Assembly: GCA_947475065.1 (NCBI GenBank) | Contig: CANJLB010000003.1 | Coordinates: forward strand, 20,214-84,213 | Length of the DNA: 64,000 bases | Source: Opitutia bacterium | GTDB taxonomy: Bacteria; Verrucomicrobiota; Verrucomicrobiia; Opitutales; Opitutaceae | Direction of reading: 5' to 3' | Shown here: positions 8,826 to 18,991 of the stretch, piece after piece | Numbering within the stretch: position 1 is the stretch's first letter | How the letters are laid out: each line of letters opens with the position of its first letter | Program-made: the position numbers and the translations under genes | Notes under the pieces: generated by a model | The model's database searches: none | Told to the model about the DNA's origin: nothing | The model's input: the letters and a program-made list of their open reading frames with translations, nothing else

Positions 8826-9419
8826 TTACACATACTCCCGCCGCGCCTCCAGCGCGCTTTTTAGCGTCACCGGGTCGGCGTAGAGCACGCCGCCACCGCT
8901 GGGCAGGCCGAAACCGATCCGCGAGACCTTTACCCTGCCGCCGGGCGGCAGGTGCTGTGTCACATAGTGGCAGGTCGCCTCGCCTTCAACGTCGTTGCCC
9001 AGCGCGAGGATCAGCTCACGCACGTCGCCCCCCGCAACGCGCGCCAGCAGCGAGGCGAGATTGAGCTGCTCCGGGCCGACGCCGTGGATGGGCGAGAGCC
9101 GGCCGTGGAGGACATGATAGGCGCCGCGATAGGCGCCCGCCCGCTCGACGGCCACGAGGTCGGGCACCTGCTCGACCACGCACACGACCGAGTGTTCGCG
9201 CCGTTCGTCCGCACAAATCGCGCAGAGCTCGGCTTCGGCCAGATGACCGCAGCGCGCGCAGCGCCGCACGCTTTGCGCCGCCGCCTCCAGCGCTGCGACG
9301 AGCGCGGGCAGCTTGCCGGGTTTCTCCACGAGCAGGTGCAAGGCGATTCGCTCCGCCGAGCGGTAGCCGAGGCCGGGCAGCTGCTTGAGTTGCTGCTGGA
9401 GCTGCTCGAAGGAGGACAT
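8826..9419 (-). CDS. recR: recombination protein RecR
   Basis: HhH motif (LPGLGYRSAERIALHLL), C4 zinc finger (CARCGHLAEAELCAICAD) and Toprim domain. 197 aa. Confidence 0.95.
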   Translation of the reverse strand: MSSFEQLQQQLKQLPGLGYRSAERIALHLLVEKPGKLPALVAALEAAAQSVRRCARCGHLAEAELCAICADERREHSVVCVVEQVPDLVAVERAGAYRGAYHVLHGRLSPIHGVGPEQLNLASLLARVAGGDVRELILALGNDVEGEATCHYVTQHLPPGGRVKVSRIGFGLPSGGGVLYADPVTLKSALEARREYV

Positions 9420-9426
9420 GGGAAAT

Positions 9427-9541
9427 ACGGATTGCGGATTGTGGAGTGCGGAATTTTCGGAGGTGAAAAAGTGGGCGCCGCCGTGAAAATTTTCAGCGGG
9501 TTCGCGTCATCTCATTCCGCACTCCGAATTCCGCAATCCGC
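9427..9541. repeat. imperfect ~29-bp inverted repeat with ~57-nt spacer between ybaB and recR
   Basis: tacggattgcggattgtggagtgcggaat (9427-9455) pairs with attccgcactccgaattccgcaatccgca (9513-9541). Each arm contains a tandem cggattg heptamer. Confidence 0.6.
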
Positions 9542-9544
9542 ATT

Positions 9545-9853
9545 TCAAAACATCCCCGGCATCTGGAACTGGCTCGTGACTTTCTGCATCTCTGCGTCGT
9601 GGTGCGCCTTGGCCTGCTGGGCCGCGTCCTGCACGGCGGCGAGCACGGTGTCGGCCACGAGCTTGGCGTCCTCCTTGAGGAATTCCGGATCTAGCGTGAG
9701 TGCGAGAAACTTGCCGCCGCCGCTGATTTTCACGCGCACCGCCCCGCCGCCGCTCGTGACTTCGATTTCCTTGGCGTCGAGCTGCGCTTGGAGCGACTCG
9801 ATGCCGCGCTGCATTTTCTGGGCTTGTTTGAGAAGTTTGCCAACGCCAGCCAT
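9545..9853 (-). CDS. ybaB: YbaB/EbfC nucleoid-associated protein
   Basis: 102 aa: MAGVGKLLKQAQKMQ...VTSGGGAVRVKISGGGKF...MPGMF. This is the canonical YbaB sequence, and ybaB-recR synteny is preserved. Confidence 0.9.
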   Translation of the reverse strand: MAGVGKLLKQAQKMQRGIESLQAQLDAKEIEVTSGGGAVRVKISGGGKFLALTLDPEFLKEDAKLVADTVLAAVQDAAQQAKAHHDAEMQKVTSQFQMPGMF

Positions 9854-9942
9854 GATAAAAGAAGGTAAAGGGTTTCGCTAAAAAATGACGGCGGCTGTGA
9901 ATACAGGCCGCCGTCGGGGAGGGTGGGGGAGAGTGCGGTGGT

Positions 9943-10920
9943 TCAGGCCTTGCGGATCAAGTCGTCAATGTTGTCGCTTTCGACGCTCACGTCGGCGAAG
10001 AGCCACGTGGAGAGATAGCGCTCGGTGCTCGACGGGACGACAATGACGATCTGCTTGCCCTTGTTTTCGGGGCGCTTGGCTAGCTGGAGCCCGGCCCAGA
10101 TCATTGCGCCGGACGAGATCCCGACCGGGATGCCGTCGAGCTGGTTGACCTGCTTCGACACGGGACCGGCATCGGCTTCTTTCACCCGGATGACCTCGTC
10201 ATAAATCTTGGTGTTAAGCACCCCGGGGATGAAGCCGGCGCCGATGCCCTGCAGCTTGTGCGGGCCGGGCGCGCCGCCGGAGAGGACGGGGGACGAGTCG
10301 GGCTCGACAGCGACGATTTTCACCCCGGGCTTGCGGGCCTTGAGCACCTCGCCGACGCCGGTGATGGTGCCGCCGGTGCCGATGCCGGCGACGACAATGT
10401 CCACCTTGCCGTCGGTGTCGCGCCAGATTTCTTCGGCGGTCGTGCGGCGGTGCACCGCCGGGTTGGAGGGGTTTTCAAACTGCTGGAGGATGACGCTGCC
10501 GGGGATCTGCTGCTGGAGTTCGACGGCCCTGGCGATGGCACCCTTCATGCCCTTCGGCCCCTCGGTGAGGACCAGTCGTGCCCCGAGTATTTTCAGGAGC
10601 TTACGGCGTTCGGTGCTCATCGTCTCGGGCATCGTGAGAATCAGCTTGAGCCCTTTGGCGGCGGCGACAAATGCGAGCGCGATACCGGTGTTACCGCTGG
10701 TCGGCTCGATGAGGACTGTATCCTGGGTGATTCTGCCGGACTTAAGGGCATCATCTATCATGGCAAAGCCGATGCGATCCTTCACACTGGAAAGCGGATT
10801 GAAGAACTCAAGCTTGAGGAGCACCTCGGCCTGCGCGCCGTGGAGGGCGGCAGTACGATTGAGGCGGACAAGCGGGGTATTGCCAATGGTTTCGGTGATG
10901 TCGTTGAGAATGCGGGCCAT
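9943..10920 (-). CDS. cysK: cysteine synthase A (O-acetylserine sulfhydrylase)
   Basis: [21 protein letters not shown]..., PLP-lysine motif SVKDRIG and GTGGTITG glycine loop. The start was chosen at the internal Met, residue 34 of the ORF-track ORF. Confidence 0.9.
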   Translation of the reverse strand: MARILNDITETIGNTPLVRLNRTAALHGAQAEVLLKLEFFNPLSSVKDRIGFAMIDDALKSGRITQDTVLIEPTSGNTGIALAFVAAAKGLKLILTMPETMSTERRKLLKILGARLVLTEGPKGMKGAIARAVELQQQIPGSVILQQFENPSNPAVHRRTTAEEIWRDTDGKVDIVVAGIGTGGTITGVGEVLKARKPGVKIVAVEPDSSPVLSGGAPGPHKLQGIGAGFIPGVLNTKIYDEVIRVKEADAGPVSKQVNQLDGIPVGISSGAMIWAGLQLAKRPENKGKQIVIVVPSSTERYLSTWLFADVSVESDNIDDLIRKA

Positions 10921-11147
10921 AATGGAGGTGGTTGAGGGTTGAGTGGGTGAAGATGTGAAAACCGCGCCATGCTTGCGAAGGTCGCCTGACTTTGTTAAGG
11001 CGGCGACAGGCGAGGGCAAACAGAAATTTGGGTGGTGCCAGAATGCAGCTGTGCCACAGAGGTGATCACTCTGCCCTGATCAAATCGGCATCGCCGCTGC
11101 GGCTTGACCTGCGGCAGGCGGGACGGCATCACCAGCCGATCCCCCCT

Positions 11148-12359
11148 ATGAACACACCCCGCCTTGCCGTGTTTTTGCTTGCCCTCGTCTCCGCCGGCCT
11201 GGCCTGCGCGCAGCCGGCCACCAACGCCGCCAACGGCGCCGTGCAGGTCGTTTCGCCCGAAGTGGCGGCCGACCGCTCGATCACCTTCCGCCTCTATGCG
11301 CCCAACGCCCAGTCGGTCACGCTCAATGGCGATTTTTTTGCCAGCAACAACAGCAACGGCCCCGCTTTGACCAAAGCATCCAATGGCGTCTGGTCACACA
11401 CCGTTCCGCCCCAGCCGCCGGGTGTCCATGGCTATTATTTTCGGATGGACGGCCTGCGCCTGCCCGACCCAAGCAACCTGCTGGTCTCGTCCAGCACCGA
11501 ATTTCTCAAAAGCTACGTCGAGGTGCCCGGCGACGCCACGCAGTTCACGGCCGTGCGCGAGGTGCCGCACGGCCAGTTGCACGAGGTCTGGTATAAAAAC
11601 GCCTCCCTCGGCCAGCGCCGCGTCGTCATCTACACGCCGCCCGGCTACGACCCCGCCGCCGCCCGCGCCTACCCAGCCATCTACCTCCTGCACTCTACCA
11701 CCGACAACGAGACCTTCTGGTCGCGCATCGGCCGCGTGAACTTCATCTTGGACAATCTTCTCGCCGACGGAAAGGCCAAGCCCATGCTGCTGGTCATGCC
11801 GTTCGGCCATGTCTCTGTGCCGCGCGGCCCCGAGGAAGGCGCCGGCGGCAACGACCTCTACGACGTAGCCGTCATCGGCAAGGACATCGTCGAAAACATC
11901 ATCCCCTTCGTCGAAAAACAATTTCATGCCGGCAGGTCTCCCGCCGACCGCGCCATCTTCGGCATGGCGATGGGTGGCTACCAAGCCATCACCATCGGGA
12001 TGAACTACGCCGGCACGTTCAGCTACGTCACAGCGACGAGCGCCAATTTCCGAGCCAACATGGATCTGGCCGCCAATTTCAAGAATTTGAATGTGGATGC
12101 CGCCAAGCGCGACATCAAATACCTCACCATGATGGCCGGCAACGCCGAATCCGGCAGCTTCCCGCAAAGCACGCGCGTGATCGAGTACTTTACCGGTCTC
12201 GGCTTAAAGAACGAGTGGATGACCCCGGAGGGCACGCATACGTGGCACAGCTGGCGCGGCTACATCCGTGAGATGTTCGAACGCAAATTTTTCTCCGACG
12301 ATCCCTATGCCGCACCGAAAATCACGGGTGGGCCCGCCGCCAACGCACCCGCGCGCTGA
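11148..12359 (+). CDS. secreted esterase (PF00756 'putative esterase'/CE1-like) with N-terminal CBM48-like domain
   Basis: Signal peptide MNTPRLAVFLLALVSAGLACAQP. N-terminal domain FRLYAPNAQSVTLNGDF...NGVWS, then the esterase core (YLLHSTTDNETFW...GMAMGGYQA). Paralogous to 29348 and 47505. Confidence 0.8.
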   Translation: MNTPRLAVFLLALVSAGLACAQPATNAANGAVQVVSPEVAADRSITFRLYAPNAQSVTLNGDFFASNNSNGPALTKASNGVWSHTVPPQPPGVHGYYFRMDGLRLPDPSNLLVSSSTEFLKSYVEVPGDATQFTAVREVPHGQLHEVWYKNASLGQRRVVIYTPPGYDPAAARAYPAIYLLHSTTDNETFWSRIGRVNFILDNLLADGKAKPMLLVMPFGHVSVPRGPEEGAGGNDLYDVAVIGKDIVENIIPFVEKQFHAGRSPADRAIFGMAMGGYQAITIGMNYAGTFSYVTATSANFRANMDLAANFKNLNVDAAKRDIKYLTMMAGNAESGSFPQSTRVIEYFTGLGLKNEWMTPEGTHTWHSWRGYIREMFERKFFSDDPYAAPKITGGPAANAPAR

Positions 12360-12362
12360 GTT

Positions 12363-12393
12363 TCAGCCCCCTCTATGTCTGGGGCTTATTTCA
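12363..12393 (+). terminator. putative intrinsic terminator
   Basis: agccccctctatgtctggggcttattt directly after the esterase stop. Confidence 0.4.
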
Positions 12394-12454
12394 AACCGGA
12401 GACAGCCGTGCGATTCACACTAGACAACGCGGATGAATATGCCTAGCTGGTGGC

Positions 12455-15277
12455 ATGAGCCGATTGCCACCTGCCTTTCCCCTCACAGTGCGATATGGAA
12501 TCTTCCGGCCTGCGCGGTTGGTCCCGGCGTTGGTTGCCGTGCTGCTGGCCGGGTTGCCGGCGCGCGGCACGGAACTGCCCAAGGAGGCGCGGCCCTTCAT
12601 CGAGAAAAATTGTTCCGACTGTCATGATGCTGAGACCAAGAAGGGCGGGCTCGATCTGATGGGCCTGAAATACGACGCGCAGGACGCGGCCAATTTTGCA
12701 CTCTGGGCGAAAATCCACGACCGGGTGAAGGGAGGAGAGATGCCGCCGAAGAACGAGCCTCGGCCCGTGGCGGCGGATTTGTCCGCCTTCGTCGGCGGAC
12801 TGGCATCCACACTGACTGCCGATGACCGGGCCATGATCGGGCAGGAGGGAGGGCGCGCGGTGCAGCGCCGGCTCAACCGCTACGAATACGAGAACGCGTT
12901 GCGCGACCTGCTCAACGTGCCGTGGGCGCAGGTGAAGGACAAGCTGCCACTCGACGGCGAGCGCTATGGCTTCAACAAGAGCGCCGAGGCACTGGATGTC
13001 TCGTTTGTGCAGATGGAGCGTTACCTGACCGCCTCCGACTACGCGATGCGGCAGGCGATGGCGGCGGCGTTTGAGCGGCCGGAGAAAACGGTGCGGAAAA
13101 TTTACGCGCGCGACTCCGGCGGCGGCTACCAGCCGCGCGAAAACGGCACTCTGCCGGACCGCCTGGCGTTTCCCGTGCTCGACTCGCATGCGCAGATTGA
13201 CGTGCGCTACGCCCGCGCGCCCAACACCAGCGATGATACGCGCGAGCGCGAGGCGGTGGGCCGGGTTTCCAGCATTTTCAGCGACGCCGGCGGCTACACG
13301 TGGGGCTACACCGCGCCGACCGCCGGGCGCTACCGCATCCGCCTGAAGGGCTATTCCATCTGGGTCAGTGGCGGCGGCATCGGCCGCTGGCTGTTCGACG
13401 GCCAGGGCGCGGCGAAAGTGCCGACCTACTGGCTTCCGGTCTGGCACCGCCCCAACGCCGACGAGGTCTGGCCGGGCCGCAACAACGAGCCCATCGGTTT
13501 CTATGCCTCCAGCACAGGACAGACGCGCCCCATCGGTGTGGGGGATTTTTCGCCGGAGCCTGCCGTCATCGAAATCGAGGCGCAGCTCACGGGCGGTGAG
13601 AGCATCCGCACGGACGCGATGCGGTTTTTCCGCACGCGCGTCAACGGGACCGACGAGCAATATGTCAACCCCCTCGCTACCATGGACGGCATGCCCGGCT
13701 ACGCCGTGCAATGGCTGGAGGTCGAGGGGCCGCTGCCCGATGAAGCGGCGACCGTGGGCTACAAGCTTTTGTTTGGCGACCTGCCGATGCGGCGTCTCGA
13801 CGCGGGCGCGGACGGCGGCGTGCCACTGGAGGGTATTGCAGTGGGCGGCGGCGGGCGCGGCGCGGTAGGCGGGGCTCGTGGCGGCGGTGCCGCACCGGCG
13901 AGGGGCGGGAGGGCTGGGGGCGGTGGCGGGGGCAGGGGAGGCCGAGGCGGCGGGGGTGGCGGAGGACTGATGGTTGATGTCTTCACCGAAAATCCGAGAA
14001 ATGACGCCGAACGGCTGCTGCGCGGCTTCATGCAGCGCGCCTACCGGCGGCCGGTGCAGGAGGAGGACGTGAAACTGTTTCTCGGCCTGTTTGACCGCGA
14101 GTATGACCTCGGTTCCGGTTTCGCGCGCTCCATGCTCACCGCCTACACCGGCGTGCTGGCCTCACCCGGCTTTGTGTTTGTCGCAGAGCAGCCCGGCAAG
14201 CTCGACGACCTGGCGCTCGCAACGCGGCTGTCGCTATTTCTCTGGAACTCCACGCCCGACGCCGCCCTGCGTGCGCGCGCCGAGAAGGGCGAGCTGCACC
14301 AGCCGGCGGTGCTGCGGGCCGAGACCGAGCGCCTGCTCAACGACCCACGCTCCGCCCGTTTCACCGAGGCGTTTACCGACTACTGGCTCGACCTCCGCAA
14401 GATTGACGACACTTCGCCGTCCTCGACCATTTACAACGACTATGAGATGGACGACCCACTCAAGCTCGCCGCCCTGGAAGAGACGCGGCTGTTTTTCGAT
14501 GAACTGGTGCGCGCCGATCTGCCCGCCCGCGACATTGTGGACTCGGACTTCACATACCTGAATGAGCATCTGGCCAACCATTACGGCATCCCTGGCGTGA
14601 AAGGCGCGCAGTTGCGCCGCGTCACGCTCCCGCCCGGCAGCGAGCGCGGCGGACTGATGACGATGGCCAGCGTGCTCAAGGTCACAGCCAACGGCACCAC
14701 CACTTCGCCCGTGCTCCGCGGTCACTGGATCACCGAGCGCATCCTCGGCCTGGAAACACCTCCGCCGCCGCCGGGCATCAAGGCCGTGGACCCCGACATC
14801 CGTGGCGCGGTCACCATCCGGCAGCAGCTCGAAAAACATCGTGCCGACCCGAGCTGCGCGTCATGTCACAACAAGATGGATCCGCCGGGCTTTGCGCTGG
14901 AGAGTTTCGACGTGATGGGCGGCCGCCGCGACCGCTACCGCGCCGTGTCCGATGATGTGAAGCCCGTGCGCGGCTTCGGAATGAGTGGGCAGGCATTCGC
15001 CTTTCACTACGGTCTGCCGGTGGACAGCGCTGGTGCACTGCCTGACGGCCGCACCTACCAGGACGTGCGCGAGTTCAAGAATCTGATCGTGAAGGATGAG
15101 GTGCCCGTGGCACGCAACCTCGCCAAGCAGCTCGTGGTCTTTGCCACCGGTTCACCTGTGCGCTTCAGCGACCGCGAGGAGCTGGAGAAGGTTTTGCAGA
15201 ATGCCGCCGCCAAGCACTACGGCGTCCGCACCCTGGTCCAGGAGCTCGTGCAGAGTGAGCTGTTCCAGGCTAAATGA
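12455..15277 (+). CDS. PSCyt/PSD1 family protein (DUF1587/DUF1592/DUF1595/DUF1588/DUF1553-type, Planctomycete cytochrome-c-like domains)
   Basis: 940 aa with an N-terminal signal, an N-terminal CSDCHD (CxxCH) and a C-terminal CASCHNKMDPPGFALESFD (CxxCH). This architecture is typical of the uncharacterised PVC-superphylum family that pairs with DUF1501. It contains an internal Gly/Arg-rich low-complexity tract. Confidence 0.8.
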   Translation: MSRLPPAFPLTVRYGIFRPARLVPALVAVLLAGLPARGTELPKEARPFIEKNCSDCHDAETKKGGLDLMGLKYDAQDAANFALWAKIHDRVKGGEMPPKNEPRPVAADLSAFVGGLASTLTADDRAMIGQEGGRAVQRRLNRYEYENALRDLLNVPWAQVKDKLPLDGERYGFNKSAEALDVSFVQMERYLTASDYAMRQAMAAAFERPEKTVRKIYARDSGGGYQPRENGTLPDRLAFPVLDSHAQIDVRYARAPNTSDDTREREAVGRVSSIFSDAGGYTWGYTAPTAGRYRIRLKGYSIWVSGGGIGRWLFDGQGAAKVPTYWLPVWHRPNADEVWPGRNNEPIGFYASSTGQTRPIGVGDFSPEPAVIEIEAQLTGGESIRTDAMRFFRTRVNGTDEQYVNPLATMDGMPGYAVQWLEVEGPLPDEAATVGYKLLFGDLPMRRLDAGADGGVPLEGIAVGGGGRGAVGGARGGGAAPARGGRAGGGGGGRGGRGGGGGGGLMVDVFTENPRNDAERLLRGFMQRAYRRPVQEEDVKLFLGLFDREYDLGSGFARSMLTAYTGVLASPGFVFVAEQPGKLDDLALATRLSLFLWNSTPDAALRARAEKGELHQPAVLRAETERLLNDPRSARFTEAFTDYWLDLRKIDDTSPSSTIYNDYEMDDPLKLAALEETRLFFDELVRADLPARDIVDSDFTYLNEHLANHYGIPGVKGAQLRRVTLPPGSERGGLMTMASVLKVTANGTTTSPVLRGHWITERILGLETPPPPPGIKAVDPDIRGAVTIRQQLEKHRADPSCASCHNKMDPPGFALESFDVMGGRRDRYRAVSDDVKPVRGFGMSGQAFAFHYGLPVDSAGALPDGRTYQDVREFKNLIVKDEVPVARNLAKQLVVFATGSPVRFSDREELEKVLQNAAAKHYGVRTLVQELVQSELFQAK

Positions 15278-15450
15278 GACGATCTGCCAGTCTCAAGCCT
15301 CCCCCAGTCTCAAATCAAAATCTCAAGTCCTGAATCAATACACCCGTTTGGATTTCCTCTTTCCGCCCGCCCTTCGCGCCTATGAAAACTTCCCCCCTTC
15401 CCCCCGGCTCCGCGTCCTCCTATCCCGTCCCCTTCATCACCACCCGCCAC

Positions 15451-16755
15451 GCGATGTCTCGCCGGAGTTTCCTCCGCCAGGCGGGCATCGTGCTGTCACT
15501 GCCGTTGCTCGACGCGATGGTGCCGCCGTTCGCCCGTGCCGCGACATCGGGTTCCCCGCTCGCACCCGGTGCGAAGCCGCGCCGGATGTTCGGCATCTGC
15601 AACAACCTCGGCCTTCGGCCCGACCTCTTTTTCCCGAAGGACAGCGGCGCGGGCTACACACCGTCGCCCCTCCTCGGCCTGCTCCAGGAGCACCGGCAGG
15701 ACTTCACGGTGTTCAGCGGCGTGTCGCATCCCAACGTGGACGGCGGCCACCCGTCGGACATCTCCTTCCTTACCGCCGCGCCGCATCCGGCGAGCAGTTC
15801 GTTCCGCAACAGCATCTCGCTCGACCAGCTCATCGCCGAGCGCATCGGCACGCTCACGCGTTTCCCGTCGCTCACGCTGGCCGTCAACGGCGGCGGACGC
15901 GCCCTTTCGTGGACGGGCACGGGTGTCGCCATCCCGCCGGAGCAGAGTGCATCGGCGGTGTTCAACCAGCTTTTCCTCCAGGGCACGCCCGAGCAGGTGG
16001 CGGCCCAGATCCGCAAGCTCGACACCGGCCGCAGCATCCTCGACGCTGTCTCCGAACAGGCCAAAAGCCTCCAGCGCAATCTCGGCGACCGCGACCGGAG
16101 CCGGCTCGACCAGTATTTCACCAGCGTGCGCGATCTGGAGCACCGGCTGCAGGAGTCCAAGGGCTGGGAGAGCAAGCCCAAGCCGGTCGTCAGCGTCGCC
16201 GCGCCGACCGATCCCGCCAACGCCGCACAATACATGGCCAAGATCAGGGTCATGTACGACCTCGTGAAGCTCGCGTTTGAGACCGACTCGACGCGTGCGG
16301 TCACCCTGATGCTCAACAGCGTCGGCACCCCCGTCATCACCGACACGGGCGAGACGCTCACCGACAGCTACCACAACCTCTCCCACCACGGGAAGGCCGA
16401 CGAGAAACTCTCTCAGCTGAAGATCATTGACGAGGGCCACATGAAGCTGCTCGCCGCCCTGTTTGCCGAGCTCAAGGCGGTGAAGGAAGGCGAGGAGACG
16501 CTGCTCGACCGCACGATGATCCTCTACGGCTCCAACCTCGGCGACGCCAACGCGCATTCGACGACCAACCTGCCCACGCTCTTTGCCGGCGGCGGCTTCC
16601 GCCACGGCCAGCACGTCTCGCTCGATCCGGCCGGCGGCATTTATCCGCTGCCGAACCTCTTCGTCTCGATGCTCCAGCGCATCGGCTTTGAGGATCAAAA
16701 ATTTGCCTCCTCCACCGGCACGATGAAAAACCTGGAGGCCAAAGCCGGTGCCTGA
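15451..16755 (+). CDS. DUF1501 family protein (sulfatase-like fold) with Tat signal
   Basis: [19 protein letters not shown] twin-arginine signal, then conserved DUF1501 blocks ([18 protein letters not shown]). The start was placed at the Met preceding the RR motif. Confidence 0.85.
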   Translation, partial: AMSRRSFLRQAGIVLSLPLLDAMVPPFARAATSGSPLAPGAKPRRMFGICNNLGLRPDLFFPKDSGAGYTPSPLLGLLQEHRQDFTVFSGVSHPNVDGGHPSDISFLTAAPHPASSSFRNSISLDQLIAERIGTLTRFPSLTLAVNGGGRALSWTGTGVAIPPEQSASAVFNQLFLQGTPEQVAAQIRKLDTGRSILDAVSEQAKSLQRNLGDRDRSRLDQYFTSVRDLEHRLQESKGWESKPKPVVSVAAPTDPANAAQYMAKIRVMYDLVKLAFETDSTRAVTLMLNSVGTPVITDTGETLTDSYHNLSHHGKADEKLSQLKIIDEGHMKLLAALFAELKAVKEGEETLLDRTMILYGSNLGDANAHSTTNLPTLFAGGGFRHGQHVSLDPAGGIYPLPNLFVSMLQRIGFEDQKFASSTGTMKNLEAKAGA

Positions 16756-16867
16756 GCAGGCAGAAAACCGCTTGGCCGGACTCTGAATCAGTATTATGGA
16801 TACAAATCTCCACCAATCCCGATGGGCTACAGCTGCCGGCTGTAATGCAGTCACGGATTCTTTCCCC

Positions 16868-17584
16868 ATGTCGTCTCAAACTTGCGCCCGGTCATTTTTA
16901 ACTTCGCGTCGCTTCGCGTTCATTTGGGGTTCTCCATCAGTTTTTTGTGGAATTTTGCTGGCGGCCCTCTCACCCGTCACCGTTCGCGCGGCCGCGACCA
17001 CGTTCACACCCGCGCCCTCGCCGTACGCCTCGAGGCCGGCCGCCAAGGTCGCGCTGGCCGCCGTGCCGCCGCCGGCCGCCGACGAGATCGTCGTGGATTT
17101 TGAAAAGGCCGAGATCGGCCAGCCCATGCCGAGCTGGGAGGAGAAAGGCGTGAAGTTCCGCCTCTACGGCCCGCTGCAGCGCACTCCGGCCGCCCAGCCG
17201 CGCGTGATGTTTTTTCCGCACATCGCCACCGACCACAAGGGCATCCTCAACGCCATGTCCACCGACCAGAGCGTGCCGCTCGAGATGGCGATGCCGGGTG
17301 CGGGCGCGTCGTCTGTCACGCTCGTGCTGTGGGGCTCAACCGGCTGCCCGGTGCTCGTGGAGGCCTATGACAAAGACGGCAAATTGGTGGATCAAAAGTC
17401 CGTCGCCTCCGTTCCCGGCCGCAAGGCTCCCGAGGACCCGGTGCCATTTCTCACGGTCACGCTGAAGGCTCCGGCCATCGCCACCGTCTATCTCAGCGGC
17501 CCGCGCAATGGCGAGTTTCTCGCTGCCGACGAAGTACGTTTTGTCCCGGTCCCCGCAGCCACGCCAGCGGCCGCCAGCAAGTGA
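16868..17584 (+). CDS. hypothetical secreted protein
   Basis: ORF with a hydrophobic N-terminus (FAFIWGSPSVFCGILLAALSPVTVRAAA). No recognisable domain. Start uncertain. Confidence 0.4.
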   Translation: MSSQTCARSFLTSRRFAFIWGSPSVFCGILLAALSPVTVRAAATTFTPAPSPYASRPAAKVALAAVPPPAADEIVVDFEKAEIGQPMPSWEEKGVKFRLYGPLQRTPAAQPRVMFFPHIATDHKGILNAMSTDQSVPLEMAMPGAGASSVTLVLWGSTGCPVLVEAYDKDGKLVDQKSVASVPGRKAPEDPVPFLTVTLKAPAIATVYLSGPRNGEFLAADEVRFVPVPAATPAAASK

Positions 17585-17632
17585 CAGCGGCAGGTCAGCG
17601 CCGAGCTAACAAAGGTCCGTCGCAAGGCCGAT

Positions 17633-18232
17633 TCAGAACCCCTTCTTTTGCAGTTCGGCACTGAGTTTCTGCATGAAAGCCTGGCCGTCGGCCGGGGTAG
17701 GGCGGTAGCCCGGCTGGCTGATTTCAGTAAAGCCGGGGCGGCCCTGTTGGTCCACGATCCATTTGCCCGTCACGCCATCGCTGAAAATCACGGCACCGCT
17801 GGCAATGGCACCAGGGATCAGGGTAATACTGTCCACGGTGACGGTTACCGCACTAGCTCCGGCTGCTGGGAACTCTTCGGCCAAGGCTGCGTCGTCCTCC
17901 ACGTCGTCGCCGGGCGGGGTGTCGGCCGGCTCGGCGCCTCCGAGGCCGAGCTTTTCTTTCGCCTTCTCAATGAAACCCTTTTTTTCCGGTGGGGCAGGGC
18001 GGGCCGCGGTTGCCGTGCTGCCGCTCGGACTGGCGGCGGCCGGCTTGGCGGGCTCCGGTTTGGGCGGAGGATCCTTTATCTGGAGATTCAGGTCATCCAC
18101 GAGAAAGCGGACGTCCATGTAGGTGAGTGCCACCCCGAACTGATCGCGGAGCTTTTTCTGGACTTGGGAAAGGTTGTCGCCGGCGGCCAGCCAGCTGGCC
18201 ACGGTGGCGGTTTGTTCGGGCGTCAAGGTCAT
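17633..18232 (-). CDS. hypothetical protein
   Basis: ORF starting MTLTPEQTATVASWLAAGDNLSQVQKKLRDQFG..., with a Pro/Ala-rich linker and a C-terminal domain. No recognised motif. Confidence 0.4.
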   Translation of the reverse strand: MTLTPEQTATVASWLAAGDNLSQVQKKLRDQFGVALTYMDVRFLVDDLNLQIKDPPPKPEPAKPAAASPSGSTATAARPAPPEKKGFIEKAKEKLGLGGAEPADTPPGDDVEDDAALAEEFPAAGASAVTVTVDSITLIPGAIASGAVIFSDGVTGKWIVDQQGRPGFTEISQPGYRPTPADGQAFMQKLSAELQKKGF

Positions 18233-18378
18233 GGTGAAAAGAAACATTAAAGCAAAAAACTCAGAATTGCGACGGATAAAAATATTTCGCCAAGGCCACA
18301 GGCGAAAAATAGCGCTTGCATTAATCGTTAGGAAGCTAACTGTCAGCCACCTTATCGATTCAAAGCTCACGATCTGTC

Positions 18379-18951
18379 ATGCCGCTCCTCCTGCTCAAAG
18401 AACTTCCGCGCTACGAGTGCTTGCTCGAGGCTGCGAAGCAGTTCCCCGACCTTGACCCGTCGGCGGCGGAGGCGTTTCTGCACCTCATGCGAACCGGTGA
18501 CGAGGCCTTCCGCGTGGTTGAGACCAACCTGGCCGGGCATCATCTCACGCAGGGCCGGTTCGGGGTGTTGATGGCGTTGTGGGGCCGCTGCCGTGCGGAG
18601 GATAAACGTGACGCGCCGCTCAGCCCGGCCGAGTTGGCCGAGCATACGGGAGTCACCCGCGCGACCATGACCGGCCTTGTGGACACGCTGGAGCGTGACG
18701 GTCTCGTGACCCGCACGCCCGACCCGGATGATCGCAGGATGCTCGCGGTGGGCCTCACGCCACGTGGTGAGAAATTGCTCCAGAAGGTGCTGCCTTCCCA
18801 TTTTCGCCAGCTGGCGCAGCTCATGGAGCCGTTGTCCGAGCCCGAGCGGAAGACGCTCGTGCGCCTGCTAACCAAGGTGCTTCAACGCGCCTCCGAAATC
18901 GCGCCCGACGGTGGCAAAAGCGCTGAATCCCTCGCCCTCGCCAGCCACTAA
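18379..18951 (+). CDS. MarR family transcriptional regulator
   Basis: Winged-helix region LSPAELAEHTGVTRATMTGLVDTLERDGLVTRTPDPDDRRMLAVGLTPRGEKLL. It lies directly upstream of the efflux operon. Confidence 0.85.
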   Translation: MPLLLLKELPRYECLLEAAKQFPDLDPSAAEAFLHLMRTGDEAFRVVETNLAGHHLTQGRFGVLMALWGRCRAEDKRDAPLSPAELAEHTGVTRATMTGLVDTLERDGLVTRTPDPDDRRMLAVGLTPRGEKLLQKVLPSHFRQLAQLMEPLSEPERKTLVRLLTKVLQRASEIAPDGGKSAESLALASH

Positions 18952-18991
18952 CCGTCCATTTTCAATTATTTCCAAACCTGTTTTTCCCGCC

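Noticed and set aside
12443-13711. 422-aa minus-strand ORF antisense to the PSD1 gene (similar cases at 15496-16869, 34854-36923, 29657-30646, 52892-54712, 19865-20776, 24113-26197)
   Set aside because: All are antisense to genes with clear family signatures and have low-complexity Arg/Ala/Gly composition. High-GC artefacts.
13840-13975. Gly/Arg tract considered as a possible CRISPR-like or tandem DNA repeat
   Set aside because: It is in-frame coding sequence of the PSD1 protein with no regular spacer/repeat periodicity.
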